From NCBI RefSeq assembly GCF_009914755.1, contig NC_060941.1: a DNA stretch of 64,000 nucleotides, one strand, 5' to 3'. A program made the translations under genes and the position numbers. Position 1 is the first letter of the stretch. Every line of letters starts with the position of its first letter. Below, piece after piece: positions 1 through 31,011 of the stretch. The notes under the pieces were generated by a model. It was given only the letters and a program-made list of their open reading frames with translations, was not told where the DNA came from and ran no database searches. This stretch comes from the human T2T-CHM13v2.0 reference genome, Homo sapiens.

Positions 1-1
1 T

Positions 2-1370
<1,369 letters not shown>

Positions 1371-1846
1371 GTTTATTATGTGTAATAATAAAAAACTCAA
1401 AATACCTTATGTGTATTAAACAGAAAATGGATAAACCGTGGTACAGCATATTCATACAACCAAATACTAAACAGCAGTTAAAATGAACTCAAGTTACATG
1501 TATCAACATAAATATATCTCAAAAAAACATACTAAGCAAAAATATTAAGGTAAAGAATGGTATTGACTGGAGTATATAGTACATATTGGATTATAGCACA
1601 GTTAGAACATAATAAACACCAAATGCAAGATAGGTGTTACCTCTAAGGAGGGAGGGAAGAAGAAAATAGGAGTACACTAAGGCTTTGCTATTTCAGTAAT
1701 GTTTTATTCACTAGAAAAAGTATCTGGGGGCAAATATAATAAAATGTTAAGATTTTATAAAGCTGGGTGATAAGTATATGCATGGTATTATTCTTTATAT
1801 TTTTCTATATGTTTAAGATATACATATATACACACATATATATTGA

Positions 1847-2489
<643 letters not shown>

Positions 2490-2596
2490 TAATTAAAAAA
2501 TTAAAGAAACACCCAAGAATGATCAATAAAAAATAAATTAAAAAAAAAAAAAAGCAAGTTGTAGTACGGAATATTAAAAAAAAAAAAAAATTAAGA

Positions 2597-2953
<357 letters not shown>

Positions 2954-4399
2954 CTACATGGTTATCTGTTTCCAAATATCAAGTAAAGGAATATATAAAT
3001 CTCAATTTGAGGAGATGAATGATCACACATACATTTTTCCTCTTACAAATAAATAGATATATAGATGGGGAGATTAGAGGCTTTCAAAGAACTACTGACA
3101 TGGCAAGGAGATTTACACTAACAGCTTTTTAGAAAATCAAAAGTCAAGAATAAAGGTCTCCATGGTCAAGAAGGTGTTGCTGTCTGAATGGTTAATTCCC
3201 TAAGGTCTATATCCAGCTCTCCCAAAGCTGCATGACCAGCTCTGTCATAGAGTACCTAGGCAACTCCTTGCCAGTTCTATTAAAACATGATCATAATTGG
3301 AAGAATGACAGCCCAAGCATTTCCTCAAGAATGTGTACTTTAGAATTTCTTTTTCCTGTAATGGGAGCTTTTCAAAAACAAAAATAAAAGCAGCTATTAG
3401 GTCTTATTGGCAAATGTGTCAGAATAGCCTTTCGGAGAGATTCACTATGCCTGAAAACAAACACAAGAAACAGGTGTGCTTCCCTGAATATACAACCAGG
3501 ATTTAATTTGGGACCAGTATTGTTATGAAACCAGGTTGAGAATAACCTTGTAAATATGACAAAATGGTAAAAAGAAACTGAAATATGAATTTCAGATAAA
3601 TATCAGAATACTGTTATTATCTGGCTTTGAGTAACCTGAAATCAGTAAGATTACTCAAATACCACTACATTGTAGGAGTCTAACAAAACATTTTTTGCTA
3701 AGATAGGAATTAGTCCACTCCGAAACCCACTTTAGAATGCAGTTCTGCTGTATCTTTCATTTGTATTAACCTTTATTAGTGTGATGAATTTTCAGAAAAC
3801 ATTGTGGCTGCCCTGACTTTTCTCCTGAGTCTACAGTACATGACAGAAAGCCACAGGATTCAGCACTGTTCCAGACCCTGAGTTAAGACAGCTAGATATC
3901 AGAGTTTACGGCCTATCTGAAATTTTTCCCTAATTAAGAACAATTTGCCTCACTTCTTTATGATGAAAATCTAGTAATAAAAAAAATATGCGATTACAGC
4001 ATAATCTTACATAACACTGTGTAGAGATGAGGAAAAGGGAAGACATACTTGTGCATAGACGCACAGATGTTTTTATATAATAATAAAACCGCCACATCCC
4101 AAAGCTTAGAAACACACAATTTCAACTTCTAAATTTTATTCTGTGTGCCTTTCATCTTAGAAAAAAACAAGTTTGCTCATGAGAGGTGGGGACAACGGGG
4201 TGGTCAATGCTCTCTTCAGAGATACTGCCTTTCACGAAGAATATTCAAGACAAGGAAGCTGTGAGTTCTAACATCCAGAATCCAGCAATGCCAGTGACAC
4301 AGAAGCGAGTCAAACACTAGGTACATCAAGTTAAAATTAAAGCACCTTTAGTTTTTAGAATTTGGTTCCAGAAGCTCCATATGGTAGACAAATAACCTG

Positions 4400-4477
4400 T
4401 TAGAGGTTGGTGCAAAAGTAATTGAGGTTTTTACCATTAAATGACAAAACCGCAATTACTTTTGCACCAACCTCATA
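4400..4477. mobile_element. MADE1 (Hsmar1-derived MITE)
   Basis: Perfect 22-bp inverted repeat GAGGTTGGTGCAAAAGTAATTG (4403-4424 / 4453-4474) in an ~80-bp element. Confidence 0.9.
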
Positions 4478-4827
4478 ATTTACTGAAAGGGAAGAAAATG
4501 TCATATACATAAAGGTTAAGGGTAAGGGTTCTGCATCTAGGACGGGAAAAATACAAAGTGAGCTAGGAACTTCTTGTGACAGAAAGCAAGGAAGCACTCA
4601 TAGCTCAAGCTTAAAGGGCTCCCACAGGCCAAATACAGGACAGTGTGAGCATCAAAAAGAAGGTAATGTTGGTAAAACAGAATAAACTAAAATCCATGAC
4701 ACTAAAACAATGAGAGTGAAAAAAACTCATTTACCACCATTAGAGATGATATTGTACCATTTCCTTACTCAGAAAAGTGTTAAAGAAAAAAAATTAAGAA
4801 TTTACCTCAATTTTTTAGTAGAAATTA

Positions 4828-7285
<2,458 letters not shown>

Positions 7286-7294
7286 GATTACATC

Positions 7295-7596
7295 TTTGGT
7301 TTTGGTATCAGGGTAAGGCTGGCCTCATAGAATGAGTTTAAGAAGTATTCCCTTCTCTTCAACTTTTTAGAATAGTTTGAGTAGAATTGCTATTAGTTCT
7401 TCTTTAAATGTTTGGTAGAAATCAGCAATGAAGCTATCAGGTCCTGGGCTTTTTCTTTGATGGGAGACTTTTTATTATTGCTTCAATCTCGTTACTCACT
7501 ATTATTGATCTGTTCAGGTTTTCTATTTCTTCATGGTTCAATCTTGGTAGACTACATGTGTCCAGAAAGTTATCCATTTCTTCTAGGTTTTCCAAC
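7295..7596 (-). mobile_element. Internal L1 ORF2 fragment, antisense
   Basis: The reverse complement resembles L1 ORF2 (aactcattctatgaggccagc...ctgataccaaaacca; cccaggacctgat..cttca..gctga). Confidence 0.8.
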
Positions 7597-8848
7597 AAGA
7601 CTGTAAGCTCTCTTCAGGCACAGACATATTTAATTATTTTCTATTTATTTGAAGCTCATAGTGAAGTATTCTGCTATCAGCAGACTTAAAAAATGCTAGT
7701 ACCAGTATTCTGTACCAAGAGAGCAGACCTCAACTAACTAGATTAGCTTTTCAATTTCTCACCAGAATAACAGCAGTTTACTTGGATAAACAATTTAAAG
7801 TCAGAGCTATCAAAAGGAGATCATAAATCATTTACAGGTTTACAGAATACTAACAGAGAAACTAGCATCTAAGAGTTAAAGGAAGAAATTGGAATATAGG
7901 TTTTTTATGTCTTCCTAGCATTGTCATGGATTTGCTATTATCCAGACATATGACTTTATTCTCATGACATTATTTTTCAAACAAAATCCTCCATGACCCC
8001 TCCCCAATCTGCAAAACAGTGAGGTATTTATACACAACTCTTCAGTGAAATGAAGCTTAACAAACTACATAATGAGCTTTAAAATCTTAGATAAAAGACT
8101 GCACAAATGATCAAAAATTTTGATAATAGTGTTGGTGAGAAAACAGGCAGACTCACACTGCTGGCAGGAATATAAATTCATACAACCTCTGTGGAAAGCA
8201 TTTAGTAATACCTAACAACATTACAAATGCACATCCATTGATCCAGCGCTTCCACTAGGAATTTAAACCAACAGACACCCATGTACACAGAATAAGTACA
8301 TACAAGGAATTAATTGTATCACTGGAAACAACCTAAATGTCCAATAAGTGTTGGCTGAATGATGGTACATCTACACAATGGAATTATCTGCCATCTTTCA
8401 AAAAGGAAGAGGGACTGTATTTACTACATGGAATGATCACCAAGATAAATAAAGTGAGAAAAGCAAAGTGCAGAATGAGCATAGTGTCTTATTGTGTAAA
8501 ACAAACAAAAACAAAAAATGTGAAGAATATATAGGTGTATATGCTTGTAAAAGGATATACTGTCTCGGGATGAATAAACAAGACTGTTGCCTTTGGGAAG
8601 GGGAACTCATGGATAAAAAGAGGATGGTAAGAAAAGAAAGACTTCACTCTCTGTGTACCTTTTGAATTTTGTTTCATGTGTATGTACATGTGTTAACCCA
8701 TTTTAAACAATGATTTTTTAAAAAAGGCTCTGCACCAGTACGAATTATTTAACAATATTCGTCTTAATCTAAAAGCATTGCACGCCATCAAAATTTTAAA
8801 TGAGGCTTCAGTGAATTCAACTAGACAAAATGTTTCTAGAAAAAATCA

Positions 8849-9229
<381 letters not shown>

Positions 9230-10599
9230 CTAAGTAATATCTAAGTATGGACATAGGAAACAGTAAACATCTCCAAATACCAAACTAGCTACTATGAAGA
9301 GCTCTAAAACGAGAAATCAATAAAGTACTAAATGGATAACAACTACCCCAAACCTAAGGGTGGGGTAGTCTTACAATAACTTCTACCTCTAAGGAAAAAA
9401 AGGTGAGTTTCCAGCTCTTTCCCAGGAAGATATATGCACCCCAAATTTCTCTGTTCCCTGTGTGTCATCTCTTGGTTCTAACTGTAACCATGGCAACAGG
9501 AAACAGCACAAAAGACAGCAGAACCCTGTAAGGGCCAGGGTTAAAAGGGGAAGTGAAAAATACATATACTTTAAGGCCCAAGAACATGCGGTTTTGGAGT
9601 TAACAGTGGCAGCCAAAAAAGCCTTGAGAGAAGAACATCAAAGAATACAAACTAAAGAGAATTGAAAGTAAGGCTTACTAATAGTTCCCTTCCCAGTTAT
9701 CCAGCTAGGAGACGGGATTGGCAAGGAGAACTGAAAAACACAAAAAATGCCCCTCCTCTCGCACTCCCTTCCCCACAACAATTTAGCTATTCATTTCAAT
9801 GTTATCTAGAAAATCTTTTGCTATTAAGATTTTATCTTTTCTTCACTCTGTTTTGATGGCAGAGGTAAGCAGCAGCAAAGTATCCAAAAAAAGGGCCACA
9901 TATAATCGCTAACTGAAAACCCAGGTCCTAGATCACTGAAATACTATTGTACTTCAAAGTTCGTTATTTACATTTCTTTTTGTTATCTGCCAACGTGAAA
10001 GAAACATCACATTACTTAAAACCTCCACTGAATAAGTTATTGTCCACCAACAGTTTCAGATTGCTTTCCGATTTGTTTTCATGTTACAGAGCACCAATAA
10101 GGTACAGATAAAATGAAAAGTGCTAAGGAAGATCTTTGACCAAAAAAAAGGCAAATAGGTCACACAAAGTAAGAAGGCCGGTGCCCTTTATCTCTCTTAT
10201 CTAGTTCTGCGAATTAAGAATTTTACTAAAATGAAATGCCTCACTTAGTTCCATTTATGACCCTTAGTCTTCTTTAGCAAGGCTTCCAAAATCCCCTGCC
10301 AGAATAAGTGATGGGATGGAGCACCCACTCCTAAATTTAGGGTAAGTTGGTACTAAAAGGTACAAGCACAACGATGGGAGTATAGGAATGGAAAAGTAAT
10401 CCTAGAACTAGAAGATACAGTGACAGTTTCAAAAGAAGGGTCAGTGTGGGACACGCTGGCTCTGCGAGGCGTTTGTAGCCTGGGAGTCTCTAGGGCAACA
10501 CCAGATGAGAATAGTGCTTTGTCCGTTAAGTCTTTCACATAATTTAAATTCTCCCCTTTGGACAGGAGCAACAGGCTCATTATCTGGCAGCAAGTCTAG

Positions 10600-11520
10600 C
10601 CCACAGCCTGGGAAGAAGGCGGACTCGTGCTCCACCGGCTCTTTATCCCGCAGGTCCCTGCAACACCGCGATGCGCATGCGCCCCCGGGGCAGCGAAGAA
10701 GCAGCCCGAGCGCGTTCACACTCGCGCATGCGCAGTCACCCATCTCGCCGCAGGCGACAGCTCAGTATTTGGCAAGGGGGATGGGGCTGGGAAATGATGG
10801 GGGGGCTGAAGGCAGGGGGCGCGTTTGTGTCTTCTGAATGCTTGAGATAGGGAGAAGGGACGGCTGATTCGGCTCTGGCATTCGCAGGCCACGTAATCCG
10901 GGTGTAGGAAATGGGACTGAGGAGAGTATATGTGTGTGGCGGGGGGTGGGGGGACAGTGGGGGTCAGTCACCTCTTCAGGGAGGTGCCCCCCCCCCACTC
11001 CGACAGGACAACCCCCTCCCTCGACTCTCCTCCCCCCACTCACCTGAGAGCGGCGGCGACAGCTGCTGGTCCCCGTCCCCCTGCGCTTGCCTCATACTGT
11101 CCGCAACATCCGGGACCTGCGGGACCGCCGATACACAAATACACACACACTCGGAGCGCGCACACTCACACACACACATACACACCGACACACACCAGCC
11201 GGGGCGTCATGGCGTCAGCACGTCGACGCAGCCAGCGCGTACCGCCAGACCCCACCCCGCGCGGCCTCCTCCCCATTACTCCCTTCTCCTCCCCTCCCCT
11301 CCCTGGGTTTCCCTGCTCCTCCTCCCTCAAGACTCCGCCTATCTTTCCTAGTGCGCATGCGTCTCGGGGCCAAGTCAGGGCCCGGGGATTTGAGAGGAAG
11401 GAGGGGCCTGAGTAAAAAGAGGCGGGAACTTGGAGGGGGTCGCGCGCAGGGCGCGGGAGCCCGCTGCGAGGTGCGAGGACCAAATAGAGGCGTAACAAGC
11501 CAAGGGTCGGAGTGGGCAAC
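10600..11520. promoter_or_regulatory. CpG island / SPOP promoter
   Basis: High GC and CpG density against the AT-rich flanks. NRF1-type motifs at 10672-10682, 10724-10734 and 11352-11361; CGTCA half-CRE motifs at ~11205-11217. Confidence 0.85.
11044..11270 (-). other. SPOP: Non-coding first exon of SPOP (5' end approximate); intron 1 runs leftwards past position 1
   Basis: Consensus donor CAG|GTGAGT on the minus strand at 11044/11043 inside a CpG island. No coding exon to the left. Gene name comes from the known order SPOP-SLC35B1-FAM117A (all minus strand), not from coding sequence. Confidence 0.72.
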
Positions 11521-11764
11521 GGAACAGTTAAAGGCATTTCACAACAGCGATTTAGGTCTGCAAGCAGTTTATGGAGTACCAACGACTCTTATATGTATTA
11601 ACTCATTTTTTAAAAGCCAGCCCTGTCAGTAAAATATTTTTTGGACTTTATGATGATGCTAGAGACCCTTTTAGGTAACTTTTAAAATTTAGCACTTGTA
11701 AACAAAAACAAGGACTATCCTTTCAGGGGAAGGCAGGAGATATAGGTGATCTAACTAAAAGGAA

Positions 11765-14296
<2,532 letters not shown>

Positions 14297-16182
14297 TTAT
14301 CATTGTTATCAACAAACATGATTCCTTTAGCTGAAGCCAGCAAAGTTTTTGGTCCTGAAAATTCGGAATGCCCCAGAAATAATCCAGTAACCAGTAACAA
14401 GTAACTGGTTCCTGGTGTCACTGAGGTTGCTCAATTACCTATTCTCTTGACTTCAGAGTTCACACAAAAGCAGGGAAAAAAGAAAAGGGGTACTCTTTGC
14501 AGGAAGGAGCATGAAAATCGGGAACAGGGTGCAGGAAAAGGAAACTGGATGCATGGACAACCTACTGTAGCTCCCTCACATTTGGAGCTAATCGTAACAG
14601 CTTCGCCAGACTCTACCCAGGACCTGGAAGGGGACTCCTTGGGGAAAGTGAGTCTGTGCCAACAGCTTGTCCAGGCTGGGCCCGAATCCCCAGTGATCTG
14701 GAAGGGTATGAGAGGTCTTATCCCCATCTGTAGCCTGGTGCAATGAAGCTCCTATTATACTGTGGGGACCATACCTCCCACCTGAGATGTGATCCTATCA
14801 GCCTCTGTACAAAGGACTTTGATTTGGTGTGGAGCTGATTAAACGATTGTAGATGTCCTTGGAAGCACTGTGTGGAAGAATTTTAAACAGCTTCTCCTTT
14901 TTAATATGCACTTCCTCTTCGGTTTTAATTATTTTGTTCCTACATTTTCCCTTTCAATTTACTAAAATCTAGAAATGTAATTAGAGCAGAGGCTGGGCTC
15001 AGAGAAAGCTGCCAGGATTTCTACAGCATGATTAAATATACCAGGCATCCCTTTAGTGTGGGACTGAAAAATAGGATTCTCATTATTATCTTTCCCTTAT
15101 CCAGGAAAGAATCCACACCACATACAGATACGGATTTATTGAACATGCAGCACTAATTAAAAACTCACCCAGCCTCTTGACGAGGTTTGGGTAAAGAAAA
15201 AAAAAGTGCAGTTATTTAATTTTTTCCTCCATTAAATGTTTTGTTGCTGTAATGACAACAAGCAAGAAGCGCTTCTTGTTCTTCTTTCCTCAAAATAAAA
15301 TTCTTGTCTCCTCCTGAGGGACTTAATGAGGCTTTTATCTATGCAACAACAATCAAGCTTACAATGGCACCAATTCAGTTCACTGCTCCTTGTGATGGTA
15401 AGCAACAAGCAGAACTCATTTTCTTAATCCGAAACACAGACAACAAAGTGTTCATTGGCTGTTATGAGCCAGGTCTGGGTGCGGGATCTTCCCCAAAGGC
15501 TCTGAGATGCCAACGAGGATCTTCGGCTCCATTTTACAGTCCAGCAAGCAAAGGTGTGGTTTCCCTTGAAGCTCTAGGGGAGGTGGAGGCAGGCAGGACT
15601 GAATAGAAAATGAGTACAGACTCCCATTTTGGTTGTAAGTGCTGTAAGAAGCTGAAGTCTTTCTCTCCTCACTGGACAGCTCTTCCGTTGAGTGGTCAAT
15701 GATCAACTTTTCAGTTGGGCAGTTGGTCCCCGGGCCCAGCGTCTCCTTTGGTGGAGCCCTTCATGGACATTAGAGATGAATATACAGGAAGGAAGATCTT
15801 TAGTAGGGGCAGAGTCCTGTGTTCCAGAGGTACCCGCCTAAAGGAAAAGAGACAAATGTCATACCCCAGGACACAGGTGTAAGAACATGCACAAAGAAAC
15901 AAGAATAACACATTTATGATGTTGCACTGGGGCCTCTATGGGGCTCACAAATATTAGCAGTGGAGACATTTTCATTGATTCATGAAATTGCATAGTGAGG
16001 CATCTGTGGCTTAATGAAAGGGCTCCAGCCCCCTTGTCTGGAGACTCAAGTTCAAACCCAGCACTAACACTTACTACAATATAAAGTTGGACAAACCTCT
16101 CTAAGGCTCAGTTTTTCCATTGGAACAATAAGCAAAATAATGCCCACCTTATCATATACTATGTGAGGATGAACTGAAATAA

Positions 16183-16766
<584 letters not shown>

Positions 16767-17054
16767 TAGTATTTGAACACAGCACAGTCTCTGGCATACA
16801 GTAGACTCAACTTATTTATGAATGTGTCACTGAATGTGGATGTTTTGGAGTAAGTGTTCACATACCTGCTAGCCTTCAAGTCCCACTCTTATCTGTGCAC
16901 TGTGTCACTCCTTGCCTCCGTGCCCTTCTTCAGAATTCTTTGGGGAGTGTGGAATCAAGAAAACAGCACAGATTTCTCAGCCAGAACACCGTTACTTGCT
17001 AGCTGTGGCCCCTGCACAAGCTCTTTGACCTCAGAACCTGTTTCCTCAAACATC

Positions 17055-17470
17055 AGCCAGAGTTCCCAGTTGCAAGAACTGCATCAACTCTGGCTACATC
17101 AATCAGAACTGGAATTGACTGAAGAAATATTGCTGGCTCCGAGAATTAACAGGAGCTAAAGAGTCCAACTTGGAAATTCAGCTGGAAACCAATGGCTGGT
17201 GGAGGAAGGACAACCACCTTCTTCAGCAGGACAGTCTGGAGAGGAGGCCCAGCTGCTGGGCACTGCCACAATGTGCCACCAGCAGACACATCACCACTGC
17301 TGCTGCTGCTGCTGCTGCTGCTGCAAAGGATGTCTAATCTTCTCTTCATCTGCGTCTCATGCTGCAAACCCACAGCTCCAGGTGGAAGTATCCGGTTGGC
17401 CAATCCTAGTCCACCTCTTGGGCCCTAACTACCATGGTGGGTAACAAGGAAAGGTCTCCCTGCCATGGTG
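17055..17470. mobile_element. Old MaLR LTR (MLT1K/L-like), tentative
   Basis: cagttgcaagaac...aactctggcta...attgactgaag resembles an MLT1 terminal region. Confidence 0.45.
17297..17323 (+). repeat. (CTG)9 trinucleotide repeat
   Basis: Nine uninterrupted CTG units. Confidence 0.95.
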
Positions 17471-17697
17471 TCCATGGTGTGATATGTGACCCTCCTCACT
17501 GATGCGATCCACAGCAGAGGACACATCCCAAACAGGAAGCAGATCAGATGCTGGACCTCTAGGCCCCCAACCCATCAGTGAAATGGGGCATTCCATCATA
17601 GGGTAATAAACAGCATTGGATGACATATTTGTTCAAAAGGGCTTGACATACAAAAGGATTCCTTTACTTTACTTCCCTCTTTAATAAAACAAAAGGG

Positions 17698-27826
<10,129 letters not shown>

Positions 27827-28919
27827 TTATTTTTTTTATTTTGTTTTTCTCTCCTGAAACTCACCATTTAGAACACAGCATCTTTTAGATGGAACACGCA
27901 TTCTGTTTTTCACAGGCTGCGTCCCACCCCTTTTCCTATTGACCTAAACTGGCTTGCCTCATTCATCCATGTTCCCTGCAATGATTGTGCAGGTGTCAGA
28001 ATTTAGGACCCTTAAAATGAAAAGCCATCACAGGACCCAAAGGAGGGAACAGTTGACTCTGCGTGAGGAGGGCAGATCAGTTAGCCTTTGAACTAAGTCC
28101 AAGTTCCTTGTTTATTTGTTTACTTGTTTATTGTCCCCCTACCCCACCGCCCTCATTGTGAGACTCGTAAGAGAAGGGCTTCGGTCAGCTGCCTTCTCCA
28201 CAGGGTCTCCGGTGCATAGCCTGGTACAGGGTCGGTCTCAATACCTATTCGTGAAATGTGTTGAATGAACAGAGTTGCTAGAAGCGCCAAATGGAAAAGG
28301 GAATTCCAAGCAGAGGGAACGTTGGGCACCAAAGCATGACAGTAAATAGCATACAGGGAACTGCAAATAGTTCCTGGTGAGTGGAAGTGCCGGGAGTGCG
28401 AGGTGGGTGGGATCGAGCAGGGTGGAAGTAGCAGGAATTGAAGCAGGGAAAATCGACTCCGGTGGGATCCTGAAGGGCTTTTTGTGCTGCGCTAAGAAGG
28501 TAACTGTGGAACCTTGGAAGAGATTTGAGAAGTGGAGGGACAGGATCAGGTAGATTCTTGTTGCACAGAAATAGCTCTGGCTGGGTGGGAGTGTGGGAGA
28601 TGTGGGCTCCAGAGGAGAAACAAGCAGCAAACAGAACCTTCCATTCAAACTCCCCTCCTCACCTCCACCTTCCCCTTTTTGAACCCCCTGAAACTGGCCT
28701 GGGAATCTATTTTAAGAGAATGGTGCCCCCTGCTGACTAAGCCTGGGCTTGCACCTCCCCGGGCCATCAGGGAAATTAAAAAATTTTTGGCCCTGAACAA
28801 AAAAGCACCTGGAAGGCTTGTGCACAGAACTGCAAGTCGTGATGTATCTGAGAGTGCCTTCCTTTTCCTAGGAAGAGAGGGGCCCATAAGAACACTTGTG
28901 ATCATGAGTAATGCCACAA

Positions 28920-29060
28920 TAGTGTTGCCAGATAAAATACAGAACACCAGCTAAATTTGAATCCAGGGACATACTTACACCAAAAATTTGCGTTGTTTGC
29001 TTGAAATTCAACTGCAGCCAAGCATCCTGTATTCTTATTTGTTAAATCTGACAATTCTAG
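28920..29060. mobile_element. MER53-like hAT MITE fragment
   Basis: Terminal motifs gttgccagataaaatacag ... atcctgtatt..atttg.taaatctg.caa. Confidence 0.65.
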
Positions 29061-29325
29061 GTAGTGTGTAGTGGGGTCAGGAGAAAACTGGAAATGAAAT
29101 TGGACAGGTTACTCTCCTTGGGTATCTCTGCAACCTCAACCTCATCTAAGCAGGCAGAGCTGGAGATGATGCTTTCTCGTATTTTGCAGTGGCTCTTAGT
29201 TGTGTGGTTCTATTTGGGAAATCACTTTTAATTGAGTCCCGTGATTATGGTGATCCTGTGTATGGACTCCTTCGTGAATATGAAGAGAACTGTGGGCCCT
29301 TTTTACAGAAAAATGAACCTACTAG

Positions 29326-29327
<2 letters not shown>

Positions 29328-29364
<37 letters not shown>
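29328..29364. repeat. (AC)18 microsatellite
   Basis: Seen directly. Confidence 0.95.
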
Positions 29365-29366
<2 letters not shown>

Positions 29367-30260
29367 GTTTTCGGGGAGTCCCCAGCCTTCATGTAAGAGT
29401 AACACATTCCCTCTAGGGCTGTGGTCTGACTGTGGCAGTTCTTGGGTTCTGAGTAGGAGGAAATGGCGTCTTGTCGGTAACCCCAGCTGAAACATAGTGC
29501 TTCTGTTAGCTCTGGCCACCCACACACCATGACAAAACACAGAAGTGGGCAGGAAGAAATATACCATCCCTCCCCTTGGTGAATGCCTTGAACCACTTCC
29601 CTCTTCTACCTCTCCCAGAAGTCACGGGGGAGTCAGGCATATTCAGACCAAAAACCCACCTGTCCTCGCAGGCTCATACTGCCACAGAGTGGAAGGCACT
29701 GAATGAAGTCACGCTTCATCCCAAGTCCCTCTTCGCTCCCCTTCCCGCCCTTCCTGCCAATGCCAGGCATAGCCCACTGGCTCCCACTCTGAGGACCATG
29801 TCTGTCAGAAACTGGCTCTCACCAGCTGGTGGCAACCCTCCAGAATATATTCTGGACATTCTGGGCTGGGTGATCAAACCCCTGGTCTGAACACGCTGGG
29901 GGCAGATCTCAGCAGGCATGCCTGGAGTCTCATTACAGCCCTTTCTGGAAAGCTCTCTAAGCCTCCATAGCCTGCTGTCCTCCAGGCCTTATAGAGGGAA
30001 GGTAGAAGCAGCCAAGGCCGGGGGATGTGGCTTCCAGAATCTCTTAAAGTATCCAAATTACAGAAAATCTCATTTCAGGTTGCTTCTGTCTCTGTCAGAC
30101 AAGCATGTTTATGTGACATTCAGCTCTGCTGGACTGCACTGTGGAATACAGTGCCCAAACTGACCAAGTACATCAAGCAAACAAGCATAGTGATATACCG
30201 TACAATGTATGATTGTAGAATAACGTTTTATGTTGAACATTTTCTGCAATTAAAAATTAA

Positions 30261-31011
<751 letters not shown>

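Noticed and set aside
10911-11632. Several 140-180 aa ORFs over the SPOP CpG island
   Set aside because: Expected from stop-codon depletion in GC-rich and (CA)n sequence; the products are low-complexity.
17146-17444. PolyS/polyL/polyC ORFs
   Set aside because: They are the reading frames of the (CTG)9 repeat, with no gene context.
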